From the NCBI GenBank assembly GCA_964187785.1, contig OZ076409.1:63242001-63306000 (forward strand): a DNA stretch of 64,000 bases, given 5' to 3'. Below are positions 45,830 through 60,534 of the stretch, piece after piece. The notes under the pieces were generated by a model. The model made no database searches and was not told the DNA's origin. It was given only the letters and a program-made list of their open reading frames with translations. Within the stretch, counting starts at the first letter, position 1, and each line of letters opens with the position of its first letter. The stretch is from Amphiscolops sp. MND2022 (Eukaryota). Made by a program: the position numbers and the translations under genes.

Positions 45830-47400
45830 ATCTGGAGACAACACTACAACTTCAACATCATCTCACTTAGAACCACAGCACGCACCTGTCAACAGAGTCA
45901 CCATGAAGCTACATTCATTCCACCGGACAAACTCAACTGTTTGATTTCAACGAATGGAATCCCAGTTCGTCTGAGCTGGAGCTACCATAAACACCACCAA
46001 ATGTCATCATATCCTCGCAGCACACCCAGACCACGTCGCAGTCAACCAGCCCATGGAATTTGAAGATTACCGCAGCCTCAAGGACAGCATTGTTCAAGTC
46101 TAGCAGTAGTCCAAAACGGAACTATCTGAAGCAGACTTAGGAAGGGTTTCACTGGATGGACAAAACTCCTCAGTTTGCTTCTTGAACATCCAGCACAAGC
46201 ATTGAAACTGCCATCTGACAATGGACATCGATGTAATCAAACACCGCCTTATACAAGCCATGCCTATCTCAACTCGTTCCTCACTTTCCGCACAATTGAA
46301 CCTTCCACCCGACAAATTCGCCAAACTAGCCGACACCATCTACAGCTACTCGAAGGACACTTTTCAAGAAAACCCGCACGGTTACGCTACACAGCAATCC
46401 TCGTCATCGTCGTAAGCACGACAGCCGCAGCCAAAGCAAAGAAACAGCTCAACTTACAACAGTTTCCAGCCATTCTCACCCAGACAACGACCCAAAATTT
46501 GCCGCTTTCACTTGTCTTTCGCTTACTCCGCCAAATGGTGTAAGCCTTGGTTTAAGTGGCCTGGACCAAAGCCCACAAATATCATTCGAACGGTCATATC
46601 GTGCATCATTACCCGACGCACAGGGAAACGAATAACGCCTTTCGTGTGCGCGGCAACAATTGGGGATCCCACATGCATCCGCTTTGCCTTCAAAATCGAC
46701 ACGCGAAAAACTAGTTTCATTGCCGACACTGGATCTATTGTATCAATCATCAAATCAACTCTAGTCAACACCGATTACGCCACGTCGACAACAACGAATC
46801 TCAAAACAATGAACAGAGATCGTATCAAAATGCACGGAAAAATGACGCTGACAGTAGCCATACTCTGCCTCCGTCAACAATTTCAACTTCTACATCGTCG
46901 ACGGTAACGACAACTTTTTTGTCTGGGTAACTTGTTAAACGAAGACTTAAACATCAACTGCTGCATTTTAACAGTATTCGGCAACGCCACCAAATGCACT
47001 TCAACACGCAACGGTTTACCCGCCCCACCAAACCACAGCCCTGTTTTAACCGTTTCTCTGGACCTGTCTCAAATAAACGAAACAAATCTCAGAAAGATAC
47101 TGGAACAGCATTCATCAATTTTCGGAGAAGCCGACTTCAACACGCCATGTATTCACATTACAACTCATTGCATCGCCGTTTCGAGTCAACCTAATTTTCG
47201 TATGCCTCGGATGTTTTGCTTTAAGAAGCTACCATCATCTTTCGACAAAATGCAACGCTTTTGATTCATCCGACTATCCAAGATTCCATACCCACCACAG
47301 CTACCTAAAAGGTCCCACCACAATGGTGCCGAAAAAGCCGAAAAAAGACCCCAATGACTGGAGACCTTGTAGAGACTACTGTCCACTGAACCAAACCACC
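45830..47400 (+). pseudogene. Decayed Ty3/Gypsy gag-protease-RT start
   Basis: FQRMESQF, TTKCHHILAA, KLADTIY, CRFH..AKWCKPW (Cys/His motif), FIADTGSIVSII; many stops and frameshifts. Confidence 0.75.
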
Positions 47401-47867
47401 GTTGCAATCCTTGCCCACTTCAATTCCTTATCCAAACCACCGTTCCGTCAAAAATAATCCTCGCCCGCTTCACGTAGCCAAATGCCCAACTGATAAAAAC
47501 TACTCTGATAAAAACTCATGATTCATCCTTGAAGATCCATTACGGAAAGATGCGCGTTTTGTTAATCATGGAAGCTTTAAGCAAATCGGTGGTAATTATT
47601 GCATTTCAGCAGAAACCAATCATGAGCCTTCGAATGCACCAAATTTTGTTTACAAGGATGTTTACAAACAATGGGAAAAAACAAAAATAAAACATTAACT
47701 TTCGCAAAGTGCCGTGAAAGCAACTTGTTGAATCAGATTCATCATCCTATACCTTTATAAAACAAAAACTGGTACGACTTCACACATTTTCTATTCAAGT
47801 TTTATTTGAGAGCATCACAAACACCAAAACAAATGAAAATCTGTTGTCATTTGAGGCTTCATGTTTT

Positions 47868-48090
47868 TAGTCGGCGCGTCATGAAGCGAAACGAGACTAT
47901 ACTAGTAACTCGTTTTTCAATCCCCACGAACAGACAAAAAATTATCTGTAAAGTTCAAATTTTAAGGTGCCAAATTGGACCATTTAGCCCAGGGAATCGA
48001 ACTATATAAGTTGTTCCTTTTCTCAGCGTAACATACAATCCCGGGCGAGACTAAATGGTCAACTTTAAATTTATTTTGGCATTGTGAGTT
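47868..48090 (+). mobile_element. HINE-like repeat, 5' part
   Basis: TTAGTCGGCGC..GAGACTATACTAGT 5' hairpin; AGCGTAACATACAAT..GCGAGAC block shared with 25790. Confidence 0.65.
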
Positions 48091-48419
48091 TCATTACATT
48101 GCGTCTTTTTTACGTTGTAATCTACGAAAATTTTCAAAATTAATAAAAACTTCAGAACCTAAAGAATTTTTTTGACTTTTGGGCCATAATGAGGTTTTTT
48201 TGAGTCAAAAAAGTACAAAAACACTTTTTTAGAAAAGCATACTGACTTCAGATTTTTGATCATTTTCGTTGTCCGTTTAGATCTTTGGGGTCATTTTGGA
48301 GTTGCCCAAAAAATCCAAAATTCCCTTCAAATACATATTGCGCAAAGTTAAGTTGATGTCAGTAGTATTCGATGGGTGAGTTTGGCGCATAAATTTGGAA
48401 AATGACAAACTTTGGGAAA

Positions 48420-49006
48420 AATACGTGCAATGAGTGTCCTCCTCAACCTCATCTTTAATCAGGCTTAGGGGGCGGGGGGACTCATCTCTTTGGCTACATC
48501 TGATCTTGCGGTTAAAGGTTTCTTCAGATCTGTATTCCGGTCGCTCAGCCGGGACGTTCTATCCTTTACGAGGCACATGTCTTTGTCCGGACCTAAGGGT
48601 AGCTTGTATCTGAGGCAAAATATACTCGTTAATTGCTTCACGTATAGCCCTCTGGATCTGTGAACTCACACCACTCATTAGATCATTCATCTCTTGAGTG
48701 ATCCTTTGATTCAAATAAATTAACAGTCTATTGATTTCGCTACTAGAATCAGCTTCTCTCGAGTTTTGGCCGTTTCCGTCAGAACTCCTAATTTCATTCT
48801 CTCTAGAATTAGAGTGAGAATTAGAATCATGGTCTGTTGAAGCATTGTAACTTGGGTTTTCTGGATTTCGGACTGAATTGCAAAGTTCGCTTTCCTCTCT
48901 TTCCAAACGTTGCTACCTAGCCTTATATCCATGTTTTCTTTATATGATAAAATATCAGCTTCTATAGATTTTCTAGCTTTACATTTCTGCTTTTTGTTGT
49001 AGCATG
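48420..49006 (-). pseudogene. Frameshifted ORF relic resembling a retrotransposon Gag N-terminus
   Basis: KQKCKARKSIEADILS..MDIRLGSN / EREESE..LNQRITQEMNDLMSGVSSQIQRAIREAINEYILPQIQ (helical); no introns; an LTR-like end lies upstream at 51020. Confidence 0.45.
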
Positions 49007-50237
49007 AAGAATGTCCGAATACGAATCTTTAATTGGTTCTTTCGGAAAAACAAGTTTGGGATGAGTTTGAAAGGTAATAAGGTTCTGCGAAGTTGTGTCA
49101 GCTTCTTGGAGTAAAGGCTATAATAACTCTTGTCAGAATGACACTACCATTTTTGACAAAATGGAATAAGTATCATTAACAACATTTCGAACATATCCTA
49201 CTAAGTATTTTGCGTAATCAACATCAACAATTCTTTGATACAGCGCCAACATCATTCATATCAATTTTTTTTAAGCAATTGTTCAGTTCTAAGCATCATA
49301 TTCGGAAAAGTTTGTCACCTGACTAGCTTCAAGTACTAGCGTCAAATCAACAACTTCAACTGAGTTATTTAAACTATGCGATAACACACTTGGACATGTG
49401 TCTCAGCACGTACCGCAAAAGATCACAGAAAGCATGAGCCATCAAAATTACATGTTTTTACAGCAATGACAATGTAGACTTACAAGGTTATTGTTTGGCT
49501 GCCAAATTAGGTCCAGAGACTGCTACAGATTGCTATTCTTTAGCTAGCAACAAACACTCTAAATGACACTAATGATTCTCATTTATACAACATCTAAGCA
49601 TCTAAACACTACACAAGCATTAAACTAATTACTATTAAAGCATTCATAGCGCTTTGAACACTTGTCATTTTTTTGGCAGGAACCGGCCATTTGCCTAATG
49701 ACTAATATTGTACAGCGTGCATTTAGTCAAGCGGCCGTAACCGGCAAATAATTATACTGCACTCTATGCAAATGGAGAGCTTGGTTAATGAGACACTGGT
49801 AAGTATCGCTGCTGTAAAAGTACGGGAGCTCATTTGAACTCGTTTCCGTACTTCTACGCAGTGTTATACATTTGCTTAGCATTACAAGTTTCTCAGCTAT
49901 TATTGCAATTCATCACATTAAACCATTCAGCAAACAATACTAACATTTCAGTACATAATGGTAACAGACTTATTTTCAGAACAAAAATGTAGCAACAATA
50001 TTAACAATATTAACTTGTATCAGCAAAAGTTTAGTTTCAGTATATAGGGAGTGTACCTGGGACTGGACCTTGTTTGCCGGCGCATGTCGTATCCCTTGTC
50101 CCGACACAGGCGGCAGCCTGTGACAATACGCGACTGAATTAGTTTTTTTCTTTTCCCACATGGAATATGGGCAGAAACTAATAATGGCAATGTTTGTAAC
50201 AATATGTAAACAGTGTAACATTTAATGCAATTAACTT

Positions 50238-50331
50238 CGGAAATTACATTCAAGATGGCTTACATTAGATTGGACAGTGAATTTTTGTTCAGTGTCCATC
50301 CTAATGTAAGCCATCTTGAATGTAGTTTCCG
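50238..50331. repeat. Near-perfect hairpin, ~44-bp stem and 6-nt loop
   Basis: CGGAAATTACATTCAAGATGGCTTACATTAG.. / ..CTAATGTAAGCCATCTTGAATGTAGTTTCCG. Confidence 0.9.
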
Positions 50332-50929
50332 CAACATATGAAACCAGAATAATTACATCTGATCCTACACTAGATAAATTCTAGTCAATCATTGAATGCA
50401 TAAAGGTCTACGCGTGAATGGAAAATGTATCAATTGAATTGACATTGATTGTTTTGATTGTTATTTTTTACTCAACCCTCACCGATTTTTCAACTTTTCA
50501 ACTCACACTTCAGTGATAGCTTTTTCTATTCGGGAACGTCCGGTGAAATGTTCTGAATGAAGCGCGTTTCTCCGTATTTTTCTACGTTTTGGCAGTCAGC
50601 AGCTGAAAGTTCTTTGACAGCCATTTTTAGATGTTGGACGCTAAGTAGATCTTCCGTAAAATTTTTGGTCAGTTCGACCGGAATGAAAAAGTTACGAAAG
50701 CAAGTCGAAGGATCACTACATTAGTCGATTCAATTTCAACACAGAGCCAACAAAAAATGCGGTGTGAAACTTTAGTGGCAGATGAACAATACCAGGCAGA
50801 TTGAAGGGTCACACGGAAATGATGAATTCATGTGTTATGTAGTCATTTCTCTGTGATTTCTGGATGTTTTTCAGTCTCTCTTTGCTTTGGGGCGTTCATT
50901 CTGTGTGTTCCTCGTGAACCATCTTCTTG

Positions 50930-51020
50930 ACTGATTTTTGGTACCTGCCAGGCCGCCGATGTCATAGTTAGATTTTTTCAAAAATTTCTAACAGATGCCA
51001 CCAAACTGGTGGACGTTACA
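50930..51020 (-). mobile_element. Terminus of a diverged LTR related to the 15.4-kb element
   Basis: Identical 16-nt end ACTGGTGGACGTTACA and a related ACCTGCYAGGYCG block; other end not found. Confidence 0.55.
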
Positions 51021-52419
51021 TTTCACTTTTTTATAATGAAGAAAAAAATGTTTAAAACTCGAGAATAAAATGATAACAGTCAGTGTCGAGTGCGAAATGT
51101 CAGACCCTAGTTTAGAATTCGAAGGTTTCCTGAACGAACTCTAGTTTCAAATGGTGTGAGCGATGAGCACCAGCTCCAACGACGCAGTACAGATCAAATA
51201 TGAACTTGAAATTATCATGAAAAGTATCATCATACGCAATTTGGCGTGAACAAACTTTTGTAAAATTGAAAACACACTCACCTTCCATAAACCAAGATGA
51301 TAAATAGGTTCTGTATCAATGTGAACATGATTCTATGAACAGAAACGACCTGATTGTTTTGACTAAAGAAACTATGAGGAATGCACTAAAACAACAATAA
51401 GGACTCATACATAGGCTGATGCTGTCTTTGGGGTTAGAAAATTATTCAAACGCCAGCCTCATTTCCCAGAAACATCTAACTTGTGGAATAAGTGTGTTTT
51501 CTATGCAGTAATTTTCAAGCCTTACTCACATCGATTTTATGACTAGGAAGTACCTTGATCGAATGGTTTCCACGATTACACCAGAAAAATAAGAAGTTAC
51601 ATCAAATTGGGTATAATTTCATGTTTTTAACTATATTTTTTCTACCTTTAAACTACTTAGTTTCGAAAAAATAGCATATTTCTTAGTACTCCGTTTCCAC
51701 GATAGATTTCAACTTCTTGTTCTTCCTTTCTGGAATGCCCTTTCGCCCTTTTTCCCAAACAAACCTATTGAAATCACTTGAATGAAAGTGAGGATTTGAA
51801 CGGAACAAATTGGAATGAGGAACTGTCTTCTGAGTTGGTTTCGACGTTTTCGTGATGTAGGCATCTCAATTTCTCTTTGATGTAGATATCTTAGAACAAT
51901 GACCATGAAACCACAGTGCGTGACAGTCGAATCAGACCAACCTTGTAAAAGGTAGCACTTGTCTGAGTTGGTATTCATATCTTATATTCCGAGAAACCTT
52001 CATGATGAAATGGCAAATTTCAAGTTGGTTGGCGTTCATGAGATTTACGAAAGAGTAATAACCTTCAAATACTAGTTATTCGATGGCTTGTTCATGCATC
52101 GAGAATCAATTTCAGTCGAGACCGCAGTCAGTTAGAAACTTTCTAAACAGACTGAACTAACTTTTCTAAACAGTGCAATAACAACTTGTTGATGCACTGT
52201 TTTGTCTGTTAATGCACTGTTTATATACTAAATCTGTTGATGCATCGTTAAGTTAATCAATTGACTGTACACGCACAAGCGTGGCTTCAATTGAGTCACA
52301 ACTCGTTCGCCCTTTCAACTTGATGTTTCTGATGCTAAAGTTCCGCATGTTGTTCGATTCATTGTTCAGTTTGTTCGGTTTGTATGATATATGCAATAGG
52401 GTATCAAACGTTTACGCAT

Positions 52420-53436
52420 ACAACAGGTTGGCTTAACCGGCTTTTGTTGTAAAGGGTTTTGCAGATTCATTTCAAATAATTGTTAATGTAATGAATCTGT
52501 CAGGACAATTGGTGAAGGCCCCAGTGGTTTCAGACGAGATCGTGAGCAGGGTGGAGACACTACTACTTTTCGAACCTCCTCTGACTGGCCACAATACCCC
52601 CAGAATCGTCTTGGTTACTTTGTTCCTTTTGCGTTTACTGGCCAATAAGGCTTTTCACCAGGCGTACCCGCAATAAGACTAACCGAGAAAATAACCAGCG
52701 GGTATTCTGATCATTTTCTGAAAAATTAGAGCGAGCTAATCACAACAATATATAGCTCGATTTTCGACTTGGTGACTTTAGAAAACCAAAAATTTTCAGA
52801 AGAGGGTACGGTAAAAACGTTCCATTAGACCTATCAGGTCAGTAACAGAAACATTTGCTTCGCTAAAATGCGAAAACACAACTTTAGCGATTTTTGTTGC
52901 AAAAGCACCGAATTTGGCCACTAAGACCAAATTTGGTGAGGGCGAAGCATTGGGTATTTCCTCCAGAGCTTTTTGAGTAGCCCAAAAACCTTTACCCAAG
53001 CTTGGTAGTACAAAAAACTACTGCCAAAACGTTTTCTAGTTTTCCCTCATTATAAATTGAAACTTTATTAGTGCTTTTTTTTGATATACATAGCATTGAG
53101 TAGAGGACGCCATAGACCTGAGGGATATAACATCAAAAATAAAATTTGAATCAGCCCCACTCCCCTGAATAAAGTTGTAACACCTTCTTACACTGCTGTT
53201 AAAACAACCTGAAACGCCTGAGAACAAATAAATAAGACATTCTCAGTGGAAATACGTATTTTCAGTAACATTCCGGGAGTGTAAAAAGTGGAATCTGAAA
53301 TTTTTTTGAAATACCTTAAATGGAACCTGCCAGGTTTTGCTTGCCTAAAATCTGTTAATATAGAGTAAAACGTTGCAAACGCATGAAATCGGGAGTGTTT
53401 CCAATCAGTGGTTGCCGAGAAATAGCCAAAAACGAG
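52420..53436 (+). mobile_element. Leader fragment of a sister Gypsy family (inverted homologue of ~23060-24450)
   Basis: Collinear reverse-complement matches: GGCTTAACCGG, AATTTTCAGAAGAGGGTACGG, TGGTGAGGGCGAAGC, CCATAGACCTGAG, GGAACCTGCCAGGTTT, GTTGCCGAGAAATAGCCAAAAACG. Confidence 0.85.
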
Positions 53437-53951
53437 TTTTCGTTTGTGCTCTTTGAGTTTGTTGCTGTTGAGCACGTATTTGCAACTTTTGGATCTAATT
53501 TTCGAACCTAATTTTACAGTCATTTTTCAAGCCAATGAAATGTTCAAGTTCGGGTACTGTAAAGTTTGGCCATCGTAGAAACACTGTAGATTATCATGTG
53601 TTTTATTCAAAACTGGTTTCACACTGCTATGAGTCACAAACATAGTGCTAGATGTCTTAATCATGACTGACGTCAGTCATTACTCAGGATTCGAATTGAA
53701 TTTTGGCGAAAGTTTTTCACAACTTCCCTAGATAATTTATACTCGTTAATGATTATGAGAAAGTGTTCTGAACACAGCTCAGACAGCTTTTTTTTCACTG
53801 TACTTTTTCTCGAAAATATAAATTCGGGTAGTAATTATATTTGTGCTCAGGATCCGAATATTTAGCACTCGTTAATTGCGACATTAATGCATACAACATT
53901 AATTATTTCTAAATGGCATCACAACTTGAAGCAGCACTATTTAGAGGTCCT

Positions 53952-56900
53952 TCAGGAAGAATTCTCATTTCTGCCGTTCTTGCTGGATTGGGACTCCTGG
54001 AAAACTAATTGCGCCTCTCCGATGAATTCCATTTCCATGGTTGAAACCTTGCTATTCGCACAAATTAGTTCCGTCTTGTAATGACACCCTATAACAAAAA
54101 AGTAAACTTTTTTGCTTATATGGTACTAATTCGACAATAAAATTGATTTTAAAAGATTTGATGCCGGATCCAAAGCTTCTCAATGACCAAAAGCTAGTTT
54201 TTTCACCTCAAAAAAATACCCTAGTGGTGTTGAACGTTTTGAAAACTTTCAGCTGCAACAAAAACTTGAGTATTTGATGAAGAATGGATGATAACTTCAC
54301 AATCATCTAATGGGGTGGGGGTCTGTTTGATGTTGGATCTGTTGGTTTTAGCGTACCTTTGTGACAGGTGTACTCGCAGTCCCTGCATTTGTAGCCTTGC
54401 TTGCCGATGCCCAGACGCTTGGATATGGGCTTTAGACATACCTCGCATGTCTCTGACCGCGTGAAGTGAGTAGCCACAAAAGTGTGGTCGTTGTAAATGT
54501 GCAGCTTCGAACCTAGAGGCAAGTTGCAAAATGTAAAACTATAGTACTGCACTACAGTTCTGTGAAACAGAACAAATGGGGTATAAAGCGAATAGATTTG
54601 AAACAAAAAAACATCAAACTCAAAAACTACGGAAAACAAATTAAAATGAGCCACAAGAGTTTCTTGAAAGTTTACAAACATCTTTGTTCAATATTGCTGT
54701 CACCGCCCATTGCAAAATATCATGAAACTCTTGCCAAGATCTCGTTCACTCCTGAAAGCCTTGATAAGATCTTGTTTATTCTTGCTTTACACCAGCCTCC
54801 GTTTCAGGATTTCGTTTCAGGAATCCTGGTAGGAGCCTTATCAAGAGTCTCAAGGAGAAGAATAACTAGCAAAACAACATTATTGTTTAGAATCACTGTG
54901 CTTCTATCCGCACTACCTGCTACACTAGCATTCTTTGAACTGTTTGTTATAGAACAAAACGAAACATTCCAGTTTAGGATGTGATACACGTACTGGCACT
55001 CCACCGCAAACCACCGGTGACCACCGGTGGAGACAATTGGATAATCAGTTACAGTTTCAACCGGTGGCCACCGGTGTTCCACCAATTGACACCGGTGGAT
55101 TTTTTTTCAAAAAAATGAATTTTGAAATCTGAAAATATATTGAAAACGTACTTTATTGTTATGAATTCGTTATGAAACCCGGAGGTTATTTAAGTTTCCA
55201 AAAACTTACATCTGCAGCAATAAAGAATATTTTGGCACCGCGTATCCGCAAGCCGCGCTGTAGGCAATGCTGCAGAATAAATATAGCTAAGGCAGCAAGG
55301 CAAAACAAACAATAGGTAAGAGCTGATAGCGCAGAGGCAAATGCTGATGGACTGTCAACAAAAGGATTACAGGTTCTCATCACGGTTTTTGCAATATTTT
55401 GTATACAACATAAAATGTTTCCCAAAAAGCAGCGGATGCCACCTCAGTGGTCCACCGGTGGGTCGTCGGTGGATCATCGGTGACCACCGGTGGACTCTGA
55501 TTGGTTTCCAACACGGGTAACTTGATTGGTAGTGTGAACAGTTGCCGCATAATAGGTAAATTGATTAGGCCACTGGAGACCGATTTTGTTCATTTTACTT
55601 TAAATTTTGTAAGTTTTTCCTTTGAAATTTTTCGCACGATGTTGCAAGATCATACATGTTCCAGGGGATCTTGTTAAGAATCCTGCCTGCTAAGATCCTC
55701 ATTGGTTTTCGCAAAAATGCAAGGTTGTTGTCATCCGTTTCATGGATTTTCTAACTGGGATATTCTGAAATCGGGATATCCTTAGGGTCTTCTTGATAAG
55801 AAAGCCCGGAGGCTTTCGTAAAGCAAGAATAAACAAGATCTCATCGAGGCTTTCATGAGTGATCGGGAATATGCAGGCATATTCAAGATCTTGGCAAGAG
55901 TTTCAGTTTGAAGATATTTTACATTGGGATTACACGAATTTTGAAATTTCGTTTTACATGTTATTCAACATGTTTTTAATAAAATTGGAGTTAAAATTGA
56001 AGTCTCAACATTTGACAATTTCAGTGCTTAGACTTGGAGCCATGTTTGTAATATATGTATACCCGACAAGTGCTTATAATCCACTGATCGGAACTAGCTG
56101 AAATTTTAAGTTTTTTATAGAAAACTCTTTTAAGTTGTTTCTTGAGCAATTTGCTCAGAAAGTTGAAGTTTACTAAAATGTTGCTTATGGTCCCTGGTTG
56201 AAATTCCTTGACCGTTTAACATGTTTTTTGTAGGTTACCAAGCTAAATTTTACTTTACCAAGTGCTTATAATCCACTGATCGGAACTAGCTGAAATTTTA
56301 AGTTTTTTATAGATTTTTTATAGGTTACCAAGCTAAATTTTCATGATTTATAAAATTCTCGAGGAAACTTCCATACACTTCACTGATTCGAATTTATTTT
56401 ATCAAGTTGACTATGAGCTACAATCTAAAGTTGGCGGCGATTCCGAGCCGCGACATTTTGCAGGTTTCATTAAAAAGCAGTTCTAATTTTGAAAGTGGCT
56501 GAGACCTCATCAATTTTAGCGCAATTTCAATGCAACAAAACTTCAGTCACATTATAATTTTCACAGTAGCGTCATATCTGGCGTGCTATTTGACTAACAG
56601 TGATTACATAAGTGGTTACTTGGAGAATTTTAGGCGTAAATGCGAAATGATGGTGACGGTGAAGAAGTGGAAATGTTTTCAGTTTTGATTGAAATAATGG
56701 AAGCTGCATTGTAAACCTGCAAATAATTTTCTATGTTCTGCTTAAAAAATATTTTTGACAGAACTGTAAATATAGATGAGAAAGAAGTCAACAAATTGGG
56801 TTTACTCAACACCGATTGAGTAAACAAATTTAAAATGTCTTCAAAGACAAAAACTAATTTTGTGGAACAAGAGTCGATTTTCAAGCGTCGAAATTTAGTA

Positions 56901-57835
56901 CACTATAGTTCGAAAAGAAAACTTACGTAACTTTCTTCATCAACAAGTGTGGACGATGTCTGGTTCGAAAGACAGTTTTAAAAATTGAGATTGCAAAATC
57001 TTTCATATATTTCAAATAGTTTGTATCAAGTATTAAAAAATGCAAGTAATGCATGTACCCTTGAGGCCATGTTTGCCACTCTTGGCCAGCTCCTTGGCGA
57101 TGAGGAAGTACTTGTCTCCTCCAGGGGCCTCGATCACCAGAGTGGACTGGTCATAGTTCACGAAGGAGTTGCGAGAGTTGATGCTGCTCGTCTCGCTGTA
57201 GTTACTACAACAAAACAATGCTTATCTGTCTCTCACTGGCAAAAACCTCGTTTTTTTTTAAAAAAAAACAAAATCTCGAGTTCCAAAAATTGCATTTAAT
57301 GTTGTTGAACTAATTTTTTTTGACGAAACAAAGTCGATGCTTTTAGAATTTTAAATGAAAACTGAAACTACTTAGTTTGGTACGTATTCGCTGAGTCGTC
57401 CAAATTAGCATATGGAATTCAAAATTTCAATTTCAAAAGCAAGTTTTTTTCTCCGTCGTGTAGGGCCAGGCCTCAGCAAATACCTTTAACAATGATAATG
57501 TTTCATTTTAAACATTCAGCATAAACAAACATTGAGTTGTCAAAAATGCGGGCGGCGTCAAGCGGTGAAAAACCAGTTGAAACTTTACTAACAGGGTTCC
57601 CATGGAACTAGGCTGTGGGTTGTTCTGTTGAGAATTGGGGCTGTGTCCAGAAGGTGCCACAGTGGAGCCTTGTTGTTGCTGCTGGTTCAGTTGGTCCTTG
57701 CTCCTCAGCCGGACTATGAGGGGCTGTTGCAACGGGTGCAGGTGTGATGACGAAGAGGAGGACTGTATCTGATCAGACGCCCCTCCTGCCCCACTCAGAG
57801 ACGTAGACGCCACATCAACGGATCTGTCTCTGCGA
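53952..57835 (-). CDS. 3' exons of a C1 (DAG/phorbol-type) zinc-finger protein, tentatively invertebrate C2CD2/TMEM24-like; exons 57593-57835, 57059-57204, 54357-54512, 53952-54088
   Basis: GT-AG exons in consistent phase give ..STLVIE..KYFLI..GLKGSKLHIYNDHTFVATHFTRSETCEVCLKPISKRLGIGKQGYKCRDCEYTCHKGCHYKTELIC..ENSS*, a complete C1 His/Cys pattern. The family name rests on my recollection of the KLHIYNDHTF motif. Confidence 0.85.
54987..55517. mobile_element. Intronic MITE with palindromic CCACCGGTGG repeats at both ends
   Basis: TA|CACGTACTGG ... CCAACACGGG|TA; repeat clusters at 55011-55098 and 55451-55492. Confidence 0.65.
56064..56341. repeat. Local recent duplication with internal deletion
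   Basis: CAAGTGCTTATAATCCACTGATCGGAACTAGCTGAAATTTTAAGTTTTTTATAGA twice; TAGGTTACCAAGCTAAATTTT twice. Confidence 0.8.
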
Positions 57836-58139
57836 CTGAAACATCACATTATAATCGTGAGTGCAAACGGAAACTCCGATAAAAGACAACTGGGAACTTT
57901 TTGTACATGTAATTATTGGATTTTCCAAAGAGCAACGTTCAAGAACCCATATATCCGGCGAGAACAAGAGTGCGGTGCACCGGTCCTAACTTTAGTCGCT
58001 AAAACTTTAATTGGAAGCTCAATGAAAGAAAACACTTTTTCCCTCTTTTACGCTTAACTTCGTTCTCACATTATTTGGGCCAGATGTTGTTCAAACTCCG
58101 CATTGACTTGAAAAATATTTCACGTTTGCAAAGTAGACG

Positions 58140-58442
58140 AGGCCAAAGGGTCCCATTTTTGGGAGTTTCCCGCATTTTGCAACTTTGTTGGAGGATTTTT
58201 CGTTTCACCCGAAGGTCCGCTGTTGGGATATTTCGATGTTTTGAGATCGAGAGAACATTTTCTGCACAAAATTAGGTTTTATATTTGGTTTTTATAGATG
58301 TTTTGAGGGAAAGCGTTTTTAAAGTCTCAAGGGTGCTCCATCGAATATTTTTCAGCACTATGAGATTGATGTCTTGTACCTGATTCAAAAGACCTCTTGA
58401 GCTCCGAACGCGGCGCTCATTTGGACCGTTCCCGATTTGTTT
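58140..58442 (+). mobile_element. HINE-like repeat, 3' part
   Basis: AAAGGGTCCC motif and end GGCGCTCATTTGGACCGTTCCCGATTTGTTT. Confidence 0.55.
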
Positions 58443-59333
58443 AAGATAACTTCAATTTTAAAAGGACATCATAAAGCCTCATTATCAAAATGTAATAATC
58501 ACTTAATCTAAAAATAATGCCGTTAAGGTCCTTCATTACAACTTTCAGGAAATATCATAACCAGAAATAGAGGAAAAGAGAGATTTAGAGGGACATGAAA
58601 TAACGAATAAGAAATGAAGGGCTTGATAAAAAGAATGGTGATGAAGACAGATAGCATATAGAGCAATGTAAATAGAGATACAAATTATAGTGATATCACA
58701 AATAAAGAGATATACTATAACAAGACGGGAAGGCCTAAAATCATCGGCCCCCGCTTAAGGCTTGAAACGCACAGTCTTTCAAATATGTCAAAATTCTGTT
58801 TTTATGAAGTTTGACAAATAAACCAGTTCTTGAAAAACTTCAAAAGGGCAACTTTTCCAAAACAATCTTACACTTGTGAAAAACCCAAAAATGAAAACTT
58901 TTCACATGTCAAGGTTTTTGTTAAATTGTGGACTATTTGTATATATTCTGTGCTCTTAGGAAAGCAATAATAAGAAAACTAGTAACTGCAATAGTCAGGC
59001 ACATTTCTTCAAAATGCAGTCACTTCGAAGCTTTTCAAGTATCGTCATTCTTTTCCTACTTGCAACTTGAGTATGTTCAATATTTAAGAAAATGAAGTGC
59101 AAAAACAAAGTGATCGAGACACAGAAAAAGTGGAAATATGAAAGCAGCATGAAAAACTTTCTAACAGATGCAACTAGCGAAAGCAAGAAGAACTGAGACA
59201 GGTAGACGAGGTAGTGAGAATGAAACAGAGATGGTTGTCGCAGTATCCAGGTTTTGTTCCAAATTACCTTCCTAAGTCTCCCCTAAGGGTCCACTCTCGT
59301 CAACTTGTCCTATTTGTCATTAAAAAGTTCTAT

Positions 59334-59515
59334 TGTGGCACCATTTGATTCAATGTGTTAACTTTTGGTGCTAAAGTCAAAGTTATGTCTCTAAAATTGT
59401 TAATCGTTTTGTCATACATTATATTTTGTGGCACCATTTGATTCCATGTGTTAACTTTCGGTGCTAAAGTTAAAGTTATCTCTCTAAAATTGTAAATCGT
59501 TTTGACATAACATAA
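59334..59515. repeat. ~92-bp tandem duplication
   Basis: TGTGGCACCATTTGATTC..GGTGCTAAAGT..AATCGTTTTG twice. Confidence 0.85.
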
Positions 59516-59542
59516 GTTAATTTTTTTGATCTAATCATGGCA

Positions 59543-60128
<586 letters not shown>

Positions 60129-60229
60129 GCCAAATTTCAAATTGCAAAAATAAATCACGGCGTCTTCCCTTTCAATTTTAAACAAATTTATTTGAATTGA
60201 AAAGCAAGATGTGATTTTTCAGCACTGAG

Positions 60230-60534
60230 CGACATTTTTTGAATTTTCGAAACTTCACAAACGGGTCTCTCAAGCTTTTTGTCATTTTCAATTTGGAAAA
60301 ATTTCAGTCCCAACGAGTATTTTTCGACACTGATATTTCTCAGTCAGCCAAACAGCATTTTAGCTAATTTGAAAGTTAGGAAAAAGTCTTTTTCAAACCC
60401 AAAGAGTCCCCCTTACTGGTTTTTGCGGCACTGTGAGATCAAGATTTTTTTCAAAAACAATTCCCTAACGTTTTGAAGTACTTGTGCTTGTTAGTTTTAA
60501 GCGGGCGGGTACACCTTGTGTCGTTCCCGGCTTG
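60230..60534 (+). mobile_element. HINE-like repeat, 3' part
   Basis: AAGAGTCCCCCTT, TTTGAAGTAC and end GTCGTTCCCGGCTTG. Confidence 0.55.
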
